Source: a virus
Taxonomy: Duplodnaviria > Caudoviricetes
Direction: 5' to 3' (one strand)
DNA length: 35,669 bases
IMG/VR virus record: IMGVR_UViG_3300032290_000659
Location: 1-35,669 of that record
Within the stretch, counting starts at the first letter, position 1, and each line of letters starts with the position of its first letter. The notes under the pieces were generated by a model. The model did not search any database. It was not told the origin of the DNA and was given only the letters and a program-made list of their open reading frames with translations. Below are positions 7,393-15,717 of the stretch, one piece after another. A program made the position numbers and the translations under genes.

Positions 7393-7757
7393 TCTTCAAC
7401 ATCAAAAATAGAATCTTCCCAACCATCAAAACCATTGTCAGGTTCTCTATCACCTAGAAGTTGTTGAGCATACGTTAGAGTTCCACGATCAAAGTATTCA
7501 TCACGGAAATCATCAGTTTGACCACGACTCTTATACCAACGAAGAATACCAAAACCTACACCAAATGTCTGAATGATACTCATACTATAATCATCAGACC
7601 AGACTCGATTTGCATTTGCCTTATCACGCAGTGCATTAAGAGTGGCACAGTTCCAGTTGTTTTCTAGAAAGTTGCCATTCTCATCAAATCCACATTTGGG
7701 ATCATCACCTTCCCAATCTTTGACACGTTCCTGACAGCGAGGACATTGAAAAGTCAT
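7389..7757 (-). CDS. hypothetical protein with CxxC (possible Zn site)
   Basis: CPRC..WEGDDPKCGF..NWNCATL. Confidence 0.7.
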   Translation of the reverse strand: MTFQCPRCQERVKDWEGDDPKCGFDENGNFLENNWNCATLNALRDKANANRVWSDDYSMSIIQTFGVGFGILRWYKSRGQTDDFRDEYFDRGTLTYAQQLLGDREPDNGFDGWEDSIFDVEE

Positions 7758-7927
7758 TCTTCATCCTCACAAGGAAACATTATATCATATTCTTCATCAG
7801 TGAGAGTAAGAAACTCTACATCAACACCTTTGTGATCTTCGGCATACATCAACTGATAATGTGCAAATGCAGCAGGATCATTGCTTCCATATTCAACAAT
7901 ACCATCAACAAGGCAAAGATAATTCAT
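7754..7927 (-). CDS. hypothetical protein, 57 aa
   Basis: Manual read: MNYLCLVDGIVEYGSNDPAAFAHYQLMYAEDH...; ATGA overlaps on both sides. Confidence 0.65.
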   Translation of the reverse strand: MNYLCLVDGIVEYGSNDPAAFAHYQLMYAEDHKGVDVEFLTLTDEEYDIMFPCEDEE

Positions 7928-8151
7928 TGTGCAATTACATCCAGAGTTTCAATCAGCATCATTGAAAGTTCCTCTTGATGCTCATTATCAACCACCTTAA
8001 TATCTGACTCTACAAACTCTGATGAAAGTTGTTGTAGAAGATCAGTGTTTTGGAGTTCTGCAAATACATAAGCAGCAAACTCATTCTTAAATCCATCACA
8101 CAAAAGTTGCAAAGATTTTGTCATAGTTAGTTCTTCAGTAGTGTTCATCAT
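7924..8151 (-). CDS. hypothetical protein
   Basis: Track ORF, translationally coupled to neighbours. Confidence 0.65.
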   Translation of the reverse strand: MMNTTEELTMTKSLQLLCDGFKNEFAAYVFAELQNTDLLQQLSSEFVESDIKVVDNEHQEELSMMLIETLDVIAQ

Positions 8152-8291
8152 TTGAAAGTCGCATTAACGCCAACAACTTTTGCAGTTGGATTTCTTGCAA
8201 GTGCGGTTACACGTGCATCTTGAGGATTTCGTGCTTGTACTTCTTCCTTAAAAACTTTTCCAGAAATGTAGAGATCGACAATGTACTTCAT
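8148..8291 (-). CDS. hypothetical protein, 47 aa
   Basis: Manual read: MKYIVDLYISGKVFKEEVQARNPQDARVTALARNPTAKVVGVNATFK. Confidence 0.7.
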   Translation of the reverse strand: MKYIVDLYISGKVFKEEVQARNPQDARVTALARNPTAKVVGVNATFK

Positions 8292-8330
8292 CGTGTTTGA
8301 AACTCCTGTGCTTCAAAGTTGTGTTGAAAA

Positions 8331-8540
8331 TCAGCAGTAAGTAGGAACAATAGAGAAACTTCCACACCAACCACGAACCCAATCAAGAGTATCAAAGTAA
8401 CCGCGAGGATTGCTCATTGTCATACTTTTATCCTCTTCAGGATTGTATGCAACAGCAACATAGAGGTTCTTTCCAACCTCTTCAATCCACATTTGACACA
8501 CTTTGTTTTCTTTCCAGTTGGTAGTGTAGTGAAATACCAT
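8331..8540 (-). CDS. hypothetical protein
   Basis: Start moved to MVFHYTTNW, downstream of the 8604 element. Confidence 0.65.
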   Translation of the reverse strand: MVFHYTTNWKENKVCQMWIEEVGKNLYVAVAYNPEEDKSMTMSNPRGYFDTLDWVRGWCGSFSIVPTYC

Positions 8541-8603
8541 GTCAGTGGGTGGTTGATTCAACAAAGTCATTCTAAGGGCAGTGTGGGTCAATCTGAGAGG
8601 TCT

Positions 8604-8629
8604 GGTGGACAGTTCAGAGACTGTCCACC
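8604..8629. promoter_or_regulatory. Element variant, perfect inverted repeat
   Basis: GGTGGACAG-ttcagaga-CTGTCCACC. Confidence 0.65.
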
Positions 8630-8638
8630 TTTTACAAA

Positions 8639-8992
8639 TCAAATATATTCTTGTGCGATCGAGATAGCATCATCAAACGTGCGAACATCTTCTGCCACAC
8701 ATTTAGAACAACCAGGGCGACCAATGCTAGAATCAGCATCCTGAACATTTACCCAAACATTAAAAGAATCATAAGCGATTCCTGCAACGTAAGTGTTGCC
8801 CTTGATAGGATCTTCTTTAATCAGTTCAGAAGGTCCACGACGAGCACGATGATTGATAGAAACCTTAGAGTTTCCAATCATCTCATATACATCAAAACTA
8901 TCAGATTTCATGCGACGATAACAAACTTTCATGAAATCATCAGAGAGATCATTTCCAGTCTCGAACAGAGTCTTGGTTTGAGTTGCAGTCAT
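8639..8992 (-). CDS. hypothetical protein
   Basis: 117 aa; promoter element at 9050-9073. Confidence 0.7.
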   Translation of the reverse strand: MTATQTKTLFETGNDLSDDFMKVCYRRMKSDSFDVYEMIGNSKVSINHRARRGPSELIKEDPIKGNTYVAGIAYDSFNVWVNVQDADSSIGRPGCSKCVAEDVRTFDDAISIAQEYI

Positions 8993-9083
8993 GAGGTGTT
9001 TGTCTCAACACAGATACAATACACCATTTAGAGTGCTGTGCCCATATTGTGTGACAGTTCTTCAAGTGTCACCGAATCAGAAA

Positions 9084-9779
9084 TTACCCTCTCATTGTTC
9101 CAGTTGTTATACCAGTTTTTTTATTCATTTTTGCCTTAAATTGTCTAGTATAGATACTATCTCTTTTTTGTTTTCCTTTTTTTGGATCTTCATCTCCCCT
9201 TACTGCAGAAGGTGTAAATGCAACTTTATCACCTGGTTTTGCACCTGCATGTTTTAGAGCATCCTTTCCACCACGAAGTTCTTTTTTGAAACTTGTTTGT
9301 CTTTGTGGTAGTTTATCTGGATCATTTTTACGATAATCGTCATCAGTATAAACTCCAACATTATGTACTGGTTTAGATGTACGATCACCACCTAATTGCT
9401 TTCTCAGTGTTTTGAGGTGACTAACTCTTTTTGATGTTGGAGTTACTTTATCTACTTTTCCTCCTCTCCTTGTTACAAATTTACCAGTTCTAAGATTTTT
9501 ATGATACGTATTTCGTAGAGCAAAGTCACTTTGATTAGCATCAGTGTCTACTGTAGTATAATGATGAGCAGATCTGGTGGATTCATCTCCTACAGAATCT
9601 TTTCCACTCGCAGGTCTTTTGAATCCCGCCTTCTTCAACGCTACTCTATCTGAAGTATTTCTTCTTTGTCTTAATCTTTCTGCTGATGATCCAGATGTTC
9701 CTCGGGACGCAAGGCGTCGTCTACCGCGTTCTGGTGTTGAGGATTCTGCAAGTTCTAAAAACTCTTTAAAGGTAATCAT
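9084..9779 (-). CDS. putative internal head protein (capsid-targeting-like N-terminus), basic; paralog of 9809-10483
   Basis: MITFKEFLELAE resembles the T4 CTS MKTYQEFIAE; late-promoter core ATAAATA at about 9800-9806. Confidence 0.7.
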   Translation of the reverse strand: MITFKEFLELAESSTPERGRRRLASRGTSGSSAERLRQRRNTSDRVALKKAGFKRPASGKDSVGDESTRSAHHYTTVDTDANQSDFALRNTYHKNLRTGKFVTRRGGKVDKVTPTSKRVSHLKTLRKQLGGDRTSKPVHNVGVYTDDDYRKNDPDKLPQRQTSFKKELRGGKDALKHAGAKPGDKVAFTPSAVRGDEDPKKGKQKRDSIYTRQFKAKMNKKTGITTGTMRG

Positions 9780-9808
9780 GAGGTTATTGTTTTTTCAAAT
9801 ATTTATGA

Positions 9809-10483
9809 TTACCCTCTCATTGTACCCATCGTCCTACCAGTCTTTGGATTCATTTTTGCTTTCAATACCTTCGTATAGATCTTGTCTCTTTTTTGTTTTC
9901 CTTTTATTTTGTCTTCACCACTCATAGTTCCTGAAGGTTCTGACGTAACTTTATCACCTGGTTTTGCACCTGCTTTTTGAAGTGCTTTTGGAACTGATTG
10001 CACTTCTTTCTTGAAACTCCTTCCTCTTGAGATTAAGTCTTCTCGATCATTTTTGGCATGAGGAGTATCACTTAGAATTGCAACATCATGTACTGGTTTT
10101 GATGTACGATCACCACCTAACTGCTTTCTTAATGCTTTTGCGTGTCTTACTCTAGATGCAGTTGATCTTACTCTAGATTGCCCTCTTCCAGATCCAACAT
10201 TTTTAAGTGGTATTTGATCTAGAACGTAATCACTTTGATTTTTATAAGTGCCCACTGTAGAACGATGATGAGGTGATGCCGAAGCATCAGTTTCTTTAGG
10301 TTCTTCGCCAGATTCACGTCTCTTGAATCCTGCTTTTTTTAGTGCTACTTTATCTGAGATTCTTCTTCTAGCATCTATTCTATCCCATGTATTTTCACCT
10401 GGACCACGAGAAGCAAGTCTTCTTCTACCTCCTTCTGGTGAAGATGATTCGGCAAGTTCTAAAAACTCTTTGAAGGTAATCAT
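9809..10483 (-). CDS. putative internal head protein (capsid-targeting-like N-terminus), basic; paralog of 9084-9779
   Basis: Same N-terminus; CTAAATA at about 10502-10508; shares LRKQLGGDRTSKPVH, AGAKPGDKV and GTMRG. Confidence 0.7.
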   Translation of the reverse strand: MITFKEFLELAESSSPEGGRRRLASRGPGENTWDRIDARRRISDKVALKKAGFKRRESGEEPKETDASASPHHRSTVGTYKNQSDYVLDQIPLKNVGSGRGQSRVRSTASRVRHAKALRKQLGGDRTSKPVHDVAILSDTPHAKNDREDLISRGRSFKKEVQSVPKALQKAGAKPGDKVTSEPSGTMSGEDKIKGKQKRDKIYTKVLKAKMNPKTGRTMGTMRG

Positions 10484-10908
10484 TGAAATACTTTTTTTAA
10501 GTATTTAGAAAAGGGATTTACTCCTGTTCGCATTGTTTTCTTATATTGTTCTAAACCTGGATTGACAGCATCAATCTTTACATATAATTTTTCAGGTATA
10601 TTTCCAAAATAAGATTGCAACCAAGGACACAACCAAACTTCTTCATAGAGTTCTGTATCCAAATAAACAGATCCTTCATCATTAGTTTTTTGAAGTTGAA
10701 GTTCAGTATCATATTGATCAAAAGATTCTGTACTTACAATAATATCAAGTCGATCTCCTTTTTTAGCAGATCGACTCATATCAATTTCAAAATACTCATT
10801 CAAAACAAGTTCAGTACCATTACACAATGGTTCTTCTACAGTGTTTTGATGTTCATGATCAAAAACCCAAATAAAGTCTTTTTTGATTGCAGTGAGATTG
10901 AGTTGCAT
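10480..10908 (-). CDS. conserved hypothetical protein (DUF6717-like)
   Basis: WVFD..EPLCNG..GSVY..WLCPWLQSYFG..PEKLYV; start moved to MQLNL. Confidence 0.6.
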   Translation of the reverse strand: MQLNLTAIKKDFIWVFDHEHQNTVEEPLCNGTELVLNEYFEIDMSRSAKKGDRLDIIVSTESFDQYDTELQLQKTNDEGSVYLDTELYEEVWLCPWLQSYFGNIPEKLYVKIDAVNPGLEQYKKTMRTGVNPFSKYLKKVFQ

Positions 10909-10978
10909 AATTTGATTTATTTTTCCAATTATATCATGAAATATAAAATCATGAAGAGAATTGTGACGTGTCCTAAAA

Positions 10979-12367
10979 TTAATGATTAGGATCAATATAT
11001 GTTCCAGTATGTTTCACTGGATCTAAAGGTTTTGCCCCTTTTGCTTTTTGTTTTGGTGAACGATGTCTTGCAATTCCTGCTTGCACACCTTTTTCATTTG
11101 GAGCACTCATTCCCTGTGTTCTTGTATTCAATGATGCTCTACGATTTCCTACAGGTTGTGATACTAATGTAGTTCCAGGTCTTGCTGAAGATGATACTCT
11201 TTTTTTAATGTCTTGCATTGCTCTCGCTGCACCAACTTTATCAGTTGTTTCTCCAGTTTTAGTTGTATTCTGAATAAAAGTTCCAGGTTTATCACCTGCA
11301 GAATACTTTACTTGAATTGGATGCTTTCGATGAGTAAATGTATGCTCTCCTGTCTTTTCATTCTTTTTGTAATCAATGTCAGGATGTCCTGGATTGTTGA
11401 TTGGTTCAGCGAATGTTTTAACTGATGCTCTTACTTTATTAACATCAGTTCCTTTTTTTCTTGCAGCACTCAATGGACTTTCTGTTCCACCTCTCAATCT
11501 TTTTGATGCAGGAGGAATCCAAGCATCATCTAAAAGTTTGATAGATTCTCTTACTTGTGGATGTCTGATATGTGTATCAGAAGTTGAAAAATCTCTTTTT
11601 TTACCTCTATTTGCTTCAAATCCATGAGATTTATAGAAGTCTGCTAATTTCTTTTTCTTTCCAGGATCAGGATCTTGATTCAAGGTGATTTTTTTACCAG
11701 TTTTATCTGCATACTTACCAAGACCTTTCATCACTCTGGTTCCTATTCCCTTTCCCTGAAGATGGGGAGGAACCCATAATTGATCCACACGAATGTTACC
11801 TGTTCTTTCACTATGAGAAGTATCAACATTCACGCCACGATGTTTCCTCCCATATGCCTTTGCTATTTTAGAAAGAACTTCTTTAGGTGGTCTTGCTTCT
11901 TTTGCTTCTGAAACACTTGGTTTTTTCTTTGGTTGCGTTTGAGTTCTTCTTTTGAATCTACTGTCTGCAGGCAATAAACTTTGATATTTTTTAGGAATTT
12001 TTGGAGAATCTATTACACCTTGTTTTTCTTTTGAAATATGTTTATTCGCATAATCACTACTCATGGTTGTAGAATAATGTTGTCTACCCCATTTATCAGT
12101 TCCTCTTTGCCCATCTGTTTTTACAACTTTTCCAGGTGGTTTGTCCTCAATATGCTTTTTAGGAACTCTAAAAGATACTAGTTTAGTGTCCTCACCTTTT
12201 CTATTTCCAAAAGATTTTGCTGTTTCTTTTGAAGTTGAAGTATAAACTTCTGGTGTGTTAAATCCTGATTTTTTAATTTTATCTGCAGAAGACGCGGAAG
12301 TTCCGTGATACATTTTTACGAACTTCAATCTCTTTGCTTCTGTAATGAATTGTGTAAAAGTTTTCAT
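10979..12367 (-). CDS. putative virion-packaged multidomain protein: CTS-like leader, ADP-ribosyltransferase-like domain, GNAT acetyltransferase, unknown domain
   Basis: MKTFTQFITEA; MYHGTS..IKKSGF..VYTS..AKSF; LWVPPHLQGKGIGT..LADFYKSHGF; TATAAATA at 12469-12476. Confidence 0.75.
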   Translation of the reverse strand: MKTFTQFITEAKRLKFVKMYHGTSASSADKIKKSGFNTPEVYTSTSKETAKSFGNRKGEDTKLVSFRVPKKHIEDKPPGKVVKTDGQRGTDKWGRQHYSTTMSSDYANKHISKEKQGVIDSPKIPKKYQSLLPADSRFKRRTQTQPKKKPSVSEAKEARPPKEVLSKIAKAYGRKHRGVNVDTSHSERTGNIRVDQLWVPPHLQGKGIGTRVMKGLGKYADKTGKKITLNQDPDPGKKKKLADFYKSHGFEANRGKKRDFSTSDTHIRHPQVRESIKLLDDAWIPPASKRLRGGTESPLSAARKKGTDVNKVRASVKTFAEPINNPGHPDIDYKKNEKTGEHTFTHRKHPIQVKYSAGDKPGTFIQNTTKTGETTDKVGAARAMQDIKKRVSSSARPGTTLVSQPVGNRRASLNTRTQGMSAPNEKGVQAGIARHRSPKQKAKGAKPLDPVKHTGTYIDPNH

Positions 12368-12373
12368 TTTCAA

Positions 12374-12451
12374 TCAACTTTACGAACAAAAACATGTCTA
12401 CCAAATTCTTTTACTTCATCAATAATACGAATATCTTTTGCGTCCATTGTT
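12374..12451 (-). pseudogene. 25-codon mini-ORF MDAKDIRIIDE..., possible gene relic (coordinates approximate)
   Basis: Lies between the late promoter and the polyprotein start. Confidence 0.35.
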
Positions 12452-12468
12452 GCAAATTTCTTTTTAGA

Positions 12469-12498
12469 TATTTATAAAAAAACCACCCGAAGGTGGTT
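12469..12498 (-). promoter_or_regulatory. Intrinsic terminator overlapping a T4-type late promoter TATAAATA
   Basis: AACCACC-cgaa-GGTGGTT hairpin with an A-run, then TATTTATA on the plus strand. Confidence 0.8.
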
Positions 12499-12504
12499 GA
12501 TTGA

Positions 12505-13422
12505 TTACCAGTTTTTGGCGATTGTAAAGTTCAATCTACTAAACTCATCTCTGTTGACAATCTTATAACTTCCAAACTCATTGTGCATCACATATCCTTC
12601 ATGATCACTCAACCTACCATCAATCTGACAAATAATGTCAGTGTCGGATTGAATGTAGAAGAACATATCCATCTTGATAGACTCAATAAGTTTCCAAAGT
12701 CTCATGAGATTCACATCAACATCATGATTTTCTGCAATTTCATGCTCGTCCACTTCCTTACCCTCGCGGATGTAAGAATTGATGACTTTTTTGAGTTCCT
12801 TTGCTTGTTTGTCATTTACAAAGGTGCAAAGTGTGCTCATTTGCTTTGCAAACTTGCAGAAGTCTTCAATATCCTCACGATAAGGGCAAATTGATGCTTC
12901 TGGTTGCACAAAGAGACAATCTTTAGTGCTAATCAGTTTGGATTGCAGAGGAGCAGCAATCATCTCTCGAATATCATCAGCACCACCATAGATTGTGTGT
13001 GGAGCGATGATAATCTCCTGACGTACTACTTCAGGAAACTTATAGGTAATTGTATTAGGCGTAAAAGTATCTAAACCTTTACCGAAACCAATCCAATCAC
13101 CTTGCAATACTTGTTTAGTGCGAGGCAGAAAATCAAGACAGAAGATGAGAATCTGTGCTACACGATGCTGATGTCCAAAGTGAGTGAAAACATCATCTTC
13201 GTTGTAGCAAAGGCGAATCTTTTGTTTGTTAAATGCTGCCTTCGTGCAAACAAAGAACTTACCATTTTGAGGATTTGTGCCCCAGACTAATGCTGGAGCA
13301 CCGTCCATCTTGATGCTGATGTTAGAATCAGCAGAGAACCAATCAAGACAATTTAAGTTTCCTGTCAGCACCTCATCTTCAGGATGATTCAGGTGAATGT
13401 TTTTCATTGGTTTTTTGTTCAT
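12505..13422 (-). CDS. covalent nucleotidyltransferase/RNA-ligase-like protein (DUF6267-like)
   Basis: KMDG (motif I), LQGD, HEGYV, YKIVNR; element at 13464-13487 upstream. Confidence 0.65.
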   Translation of the reverse strand: MNKKPMKNIHLNHPEDEVLTGNLNCLDWFSADSNISIKMDGAPALVWGTNPQNGKFFVCTKAAFNKQKIRLCYNEDDVFTHFGHQHRVAQILIFCLDFLPRTKQVLQGDWIGFGKGLDTFTPNTITYKFPEVVRQEIIIAPHTIYGGADDIREMIAAPLQSKLISTKDCLFVQPEASICPYREDIEDFCKFAKQMSTLCTFVNDKQAKELKKVINSYIREGKEVDEHEIAENHDVDVNLMRLWKLIESIKMDMFFYIQSDTDIICQIDGRLSDHEGYVMHNEFGSYKIVNRDEFSRLNFTIAKNW

Positions 13423-13453
13423 GCCTTAAGCGTAGTGCATCGGGGTGCCGAAG

Positions 13454-13603
13454 TCAATGAGTAGTGGTCACTTGTTCAACTGTCCAATACCTATTAAATT
13501 GATTTCTTTCTATATTATTTTTTATACAAAATTCTCTTAGTGAAGTATATTCTTCCCAGATTTTGCCATTAGGTAAATATGCGTAGGTATAATAGTTATT
13601 CAT
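13454..13603 (-). pseudogene. internally deleted GIY-YIG homing endonuclease relic, 49 aa
   Basis: MNNYYTYAYL joined directly to PNGKIWEE..SLREFCIKNNI; TATAAATA at 13627-13634. Confidence 0.55.
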
Positions 13604-13626
13604 TCTTGTCTTAAACGTCGCAGTAT

Positions 13627-13663
13627 TATTTATACAAAAAGAGGAGCATTTCTGCTCCTCTTC
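13627..13663 (-). terminator. Intrinsic terminator plus late promoter
   Basis: AAGAGGAGCA-tttc-TGCTCCTCTT with an A-run; TATTTATA adjacent. Confidence 0.8.
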
Positions 13664-13696
13664 TGTGCTTCAGTTGCGACGCTTAAGCATCATTAT

Positions 13697-13903
13697 TTAG
13701 TTGTCTTCTTTGAGTTTATCTTGTGTAGACTTACTAATTTTACAAACTAGATCATTATCGTAAAAATACTTAACTCGTTGTCGCCTTGCTTCTAAGAGTA
13801 GTTGATATTCTTCGGTTTGACTTGGAGTGAAATTAAAGTCTTGACGCCTCCAAGCATCACGAAGTTCTTGAAGATGAGGCAGGACGTTTACAGTGTCAGT
13901 CAT
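13697..13903 (-). CDS. hypothetical protein
   Basis: 68-aa track ORF. Confidence 0.7.
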   Translation of the reverse strand: MTDTVNVLPHLQELRDAWRRQDFNFTPSQTEEYQLLLEARRQRVKYFYDNDLVCKISKSTQDKLKEDN

Positions 13904-13908
13904 GATTT

Positions 13909-14088
13909 TCAGGATTCAGTAATTTCAGTGGTGGTTTCTTGAGTAACTTTAGGTGTCACACGAACATTGTAAGGACTGTTGAAAAACCTGCGGAAAGAAG
14001 TAACAACAATAAGAAGCGTTGAAGCAACACCAACCAAACCAAGGAAGGTAACAGCATCACCAGAAAAAGTGTAAGTGTCAGGAGTCAT
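13909..14088 (-). CDS. single-pass membrane peptide, 59 aa
   Basis: Manual read: MTPDTYTFSGDAVTFLGLVGVASTLLIVVTSFRRFFNSPYN... Confidence 0.65.
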   Translation of the reverse strand: MTPDTYTFSGDAVTFLGLVGVASTLLIVVTSFRRFFNSPYNVRVTPKVTQETTTEITES

Positions 14089-14090
14089 AA

Positions 14091-14225
14091 TCAGAAATCG
14101 TGGGTGGAGTTCAAGTGTTCATTAAATGACCTATCATCAAACTCTTCATCAATGAAGATGTCATCTTCTTCGATGAAATTGAAATAAGGATCTTCTTCAA
14201 TTTGTGGATTGTCAAAGGTGTTCAC
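14091..14225 (-). CDS. very acidic peptide, 44 aa (GTG start)
   Basis: Manual read: VNTFDNPQIEEDPYFNFIEEDDIFIDEEFDD...; promoter TTGACT/TATATT and element at 14287. Confidence 0.55.
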   Translation of the reverse strand: MNTFDNPQIEEDPYFNFIEEDDIFIDEEFDDRSFNEHLNSTHDF

Positions 14226-14307
14226 TGAGTGTTCCTCAATTCAACAAATACAATATAGTGGATTTTGAAGAGAGAGTCAAGAGTCTTGTGCCAGTTATCC
14301 AACTGTC

Positions 14308-14799
14308 CTAACGACTCATAATTGCTTTGAGAATGGCATTGTGAGATCGTTGTTGAGTTCTCTCTTTTGTGTCAAGAGAAGTTCTAATTTTGTTTCTACG
14401 AGAAATACTACCTCTCGTTTGTTCTCTTGATTTCATGATATTGAACGGAGTTTGTGTCATATGAGGATCTTGTTCTAATTGTAAGTCCTCTTGTTGATTT
14501 CGTCTTTCTAATCTTGCTTGCCTTTCCGCTTCTCTTCTTTCTTGTTCTGCCTGTCCTTTTGCTCTTAATTGTTTCTGCCTTTCTTCATGATCTTGTCTCA
14601 TTTGTGCATGTTTTTCCTTTTGTGCTTGCACACTTGCTCGCTGTCTTTCTGTAAAATCACTTGCAGAAGTTTTTGATCTTTCAGCAGCAATTCTTCTTCT
14701 CTGTACAAGTCTTTTTGCTGGAGCATCCTGCTGTGATATAGTATCAAGATTTCTTCTTAATGATTGCACATCTTCATTAAATTTCTGAAATGTTTTCAT
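14308..14799 (-). CDS. putative internal head protein, coiled-coil, CTS-like N-terminus
   Basis: MKTFQKFNE; ATAAATA at about 14820-14826. Confidence 0.65.
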   Translation of the reverse strand: MKTFQKFNEDVQSLRRNLDTISQQDAPAKRLVQRRRIAAERSKTSASDFTERQRASVQAQKEKHAQMRQDHEERQKQLRAKGQAEQERREAERQARLERRNQQEDLQLEQDPHMTQTPFNIMKSREQTRGSISRRNKIRTSLDTKERTQQRSHNAILKAIMSR

Positions 14800-14840
14800 C
14801 GTATCTTGACTTTTTTAGATATTTATTCTAATATATGCTT

Positions 14841-14870
14841 AAAGGAGAGGTTTTACCCTCTCCTTTTTTT
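14841..14870. terminator. Intrinsic terminator, possibly bidirectional
   Basis: AAAGGAGAGG-ttttac-CCTCTCCTTTTTTT. Confidence 0.75.
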
Positions 14871-14871
14871 A

Positions 14872-15117
14872 TTATATTTTGTTAATTTGTCTTGCAACTC
14901 TCTTAGCGTGCTTTTCCACTTTCTTTCCACCACTTTGGTCTAACACTTGTTTCTTAATTTCCTTTTTTGTTGGTTTTTTTGTAGGACCATCATAGGATTG
15001 AAGAGTATAAGTGAGAGTGCCACTTGCATCTCTATTGACAGTTCCTGGAACTGCATGTGGAGGAGTTTCTGGTTTCTTTCCTTCACAGATTTTGTAGAAC
15101 TCTCTAAATGTCAGCAT
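14872..15117 (-). CDS. putative small internal head protein, basic, CTS-like N-terminus
   Basis: MLTFREFYKICE; ATAAATA at about 15134-15140. Confidence 0.65.
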   Translation of the reverse strand: MLTFREFYKICEGKKPETPPHAVPGTVNRDASGTLTYTLQSYDGPTKKPTKKEIKKQVLDQSGGKKVEKHAKRVARQINKI

Positions 15118-15206
15118 CTTTCTTGTTTTTGATTATTTATTTCACCAATATCTTTATATCTTTTGCACCTTGTTTTTCGACTGCTTTACTCCAAAACTCA
15201 GCATCA

Positions 15207-15491
15207 TCAATCGTAAATAATGTTGCGGTTTGTTTGGAATACCCTTTCTTTTTGGGTTTCAGATAAGTAACCTGGTACATTTTCCTCATCAATTAAAATT
15301 TCAACATTTATAACTGTCTCATCATTCCAATGTCGAATAGCATTAGCAACAATGAAGCAGTTGGTAATAAAAATACTCAGAAACATCACAAGGCGGATAA
15401 GTGCTACTTTATCCGCCTCTTTATTACATTTGCTTGCTTTTTCACCCAATGCTTTAGCAAGTAATCGCCAAGCATTTTTCTGTTTCTCCAT
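15207..15491 (-). CDS. membrane hypothetical protein
   Basis: WRLLAKALGEKA..ADKVALIR, a hydrophobic helix, then NAIRHW. Confidence 0.7.
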   Translation of the reverse strand: MEKQKNAWRLLAKALGEKASKCNKEADKVALIRLVMFLSIFITNCFIVANAIRHWNDETVINVEILIDEENVPGYLSETQKERVFQTNRNIIYD

Positions 15492-15717
15492 AGATTGAAT
15501 CTCTCGATTTAATATATTTTAGTTCTTTCCATTGTTTTGCGTAACAAACCACAAGTAATCGTTCATTTCTGTGAATAGGACAACATTCAAGATTTACTTC
15601 ATCTTTTGGGCGAACAATATACTCAATAGTAATATATTCTTTATCCTTGAAATAAATCCATCCTTCAACACCTTTTGTCCATATAACGTAATCGTTTACT
15701 TGTGGAATGTAATTCAT
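15454..15717 (-). CDS. hypothetical protein
   Basis: Start moved to MNYIPQVNDYV. Confidence 0.65.
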   Translation of the reverse strand: MNYIPQVNDYVIWTKGVEGWIYFKDKEYITIEYIVRPKDEVNLECCPIHRNERLLVVCYAKQWKELKYIKSRDSIYGETEKCLAITC

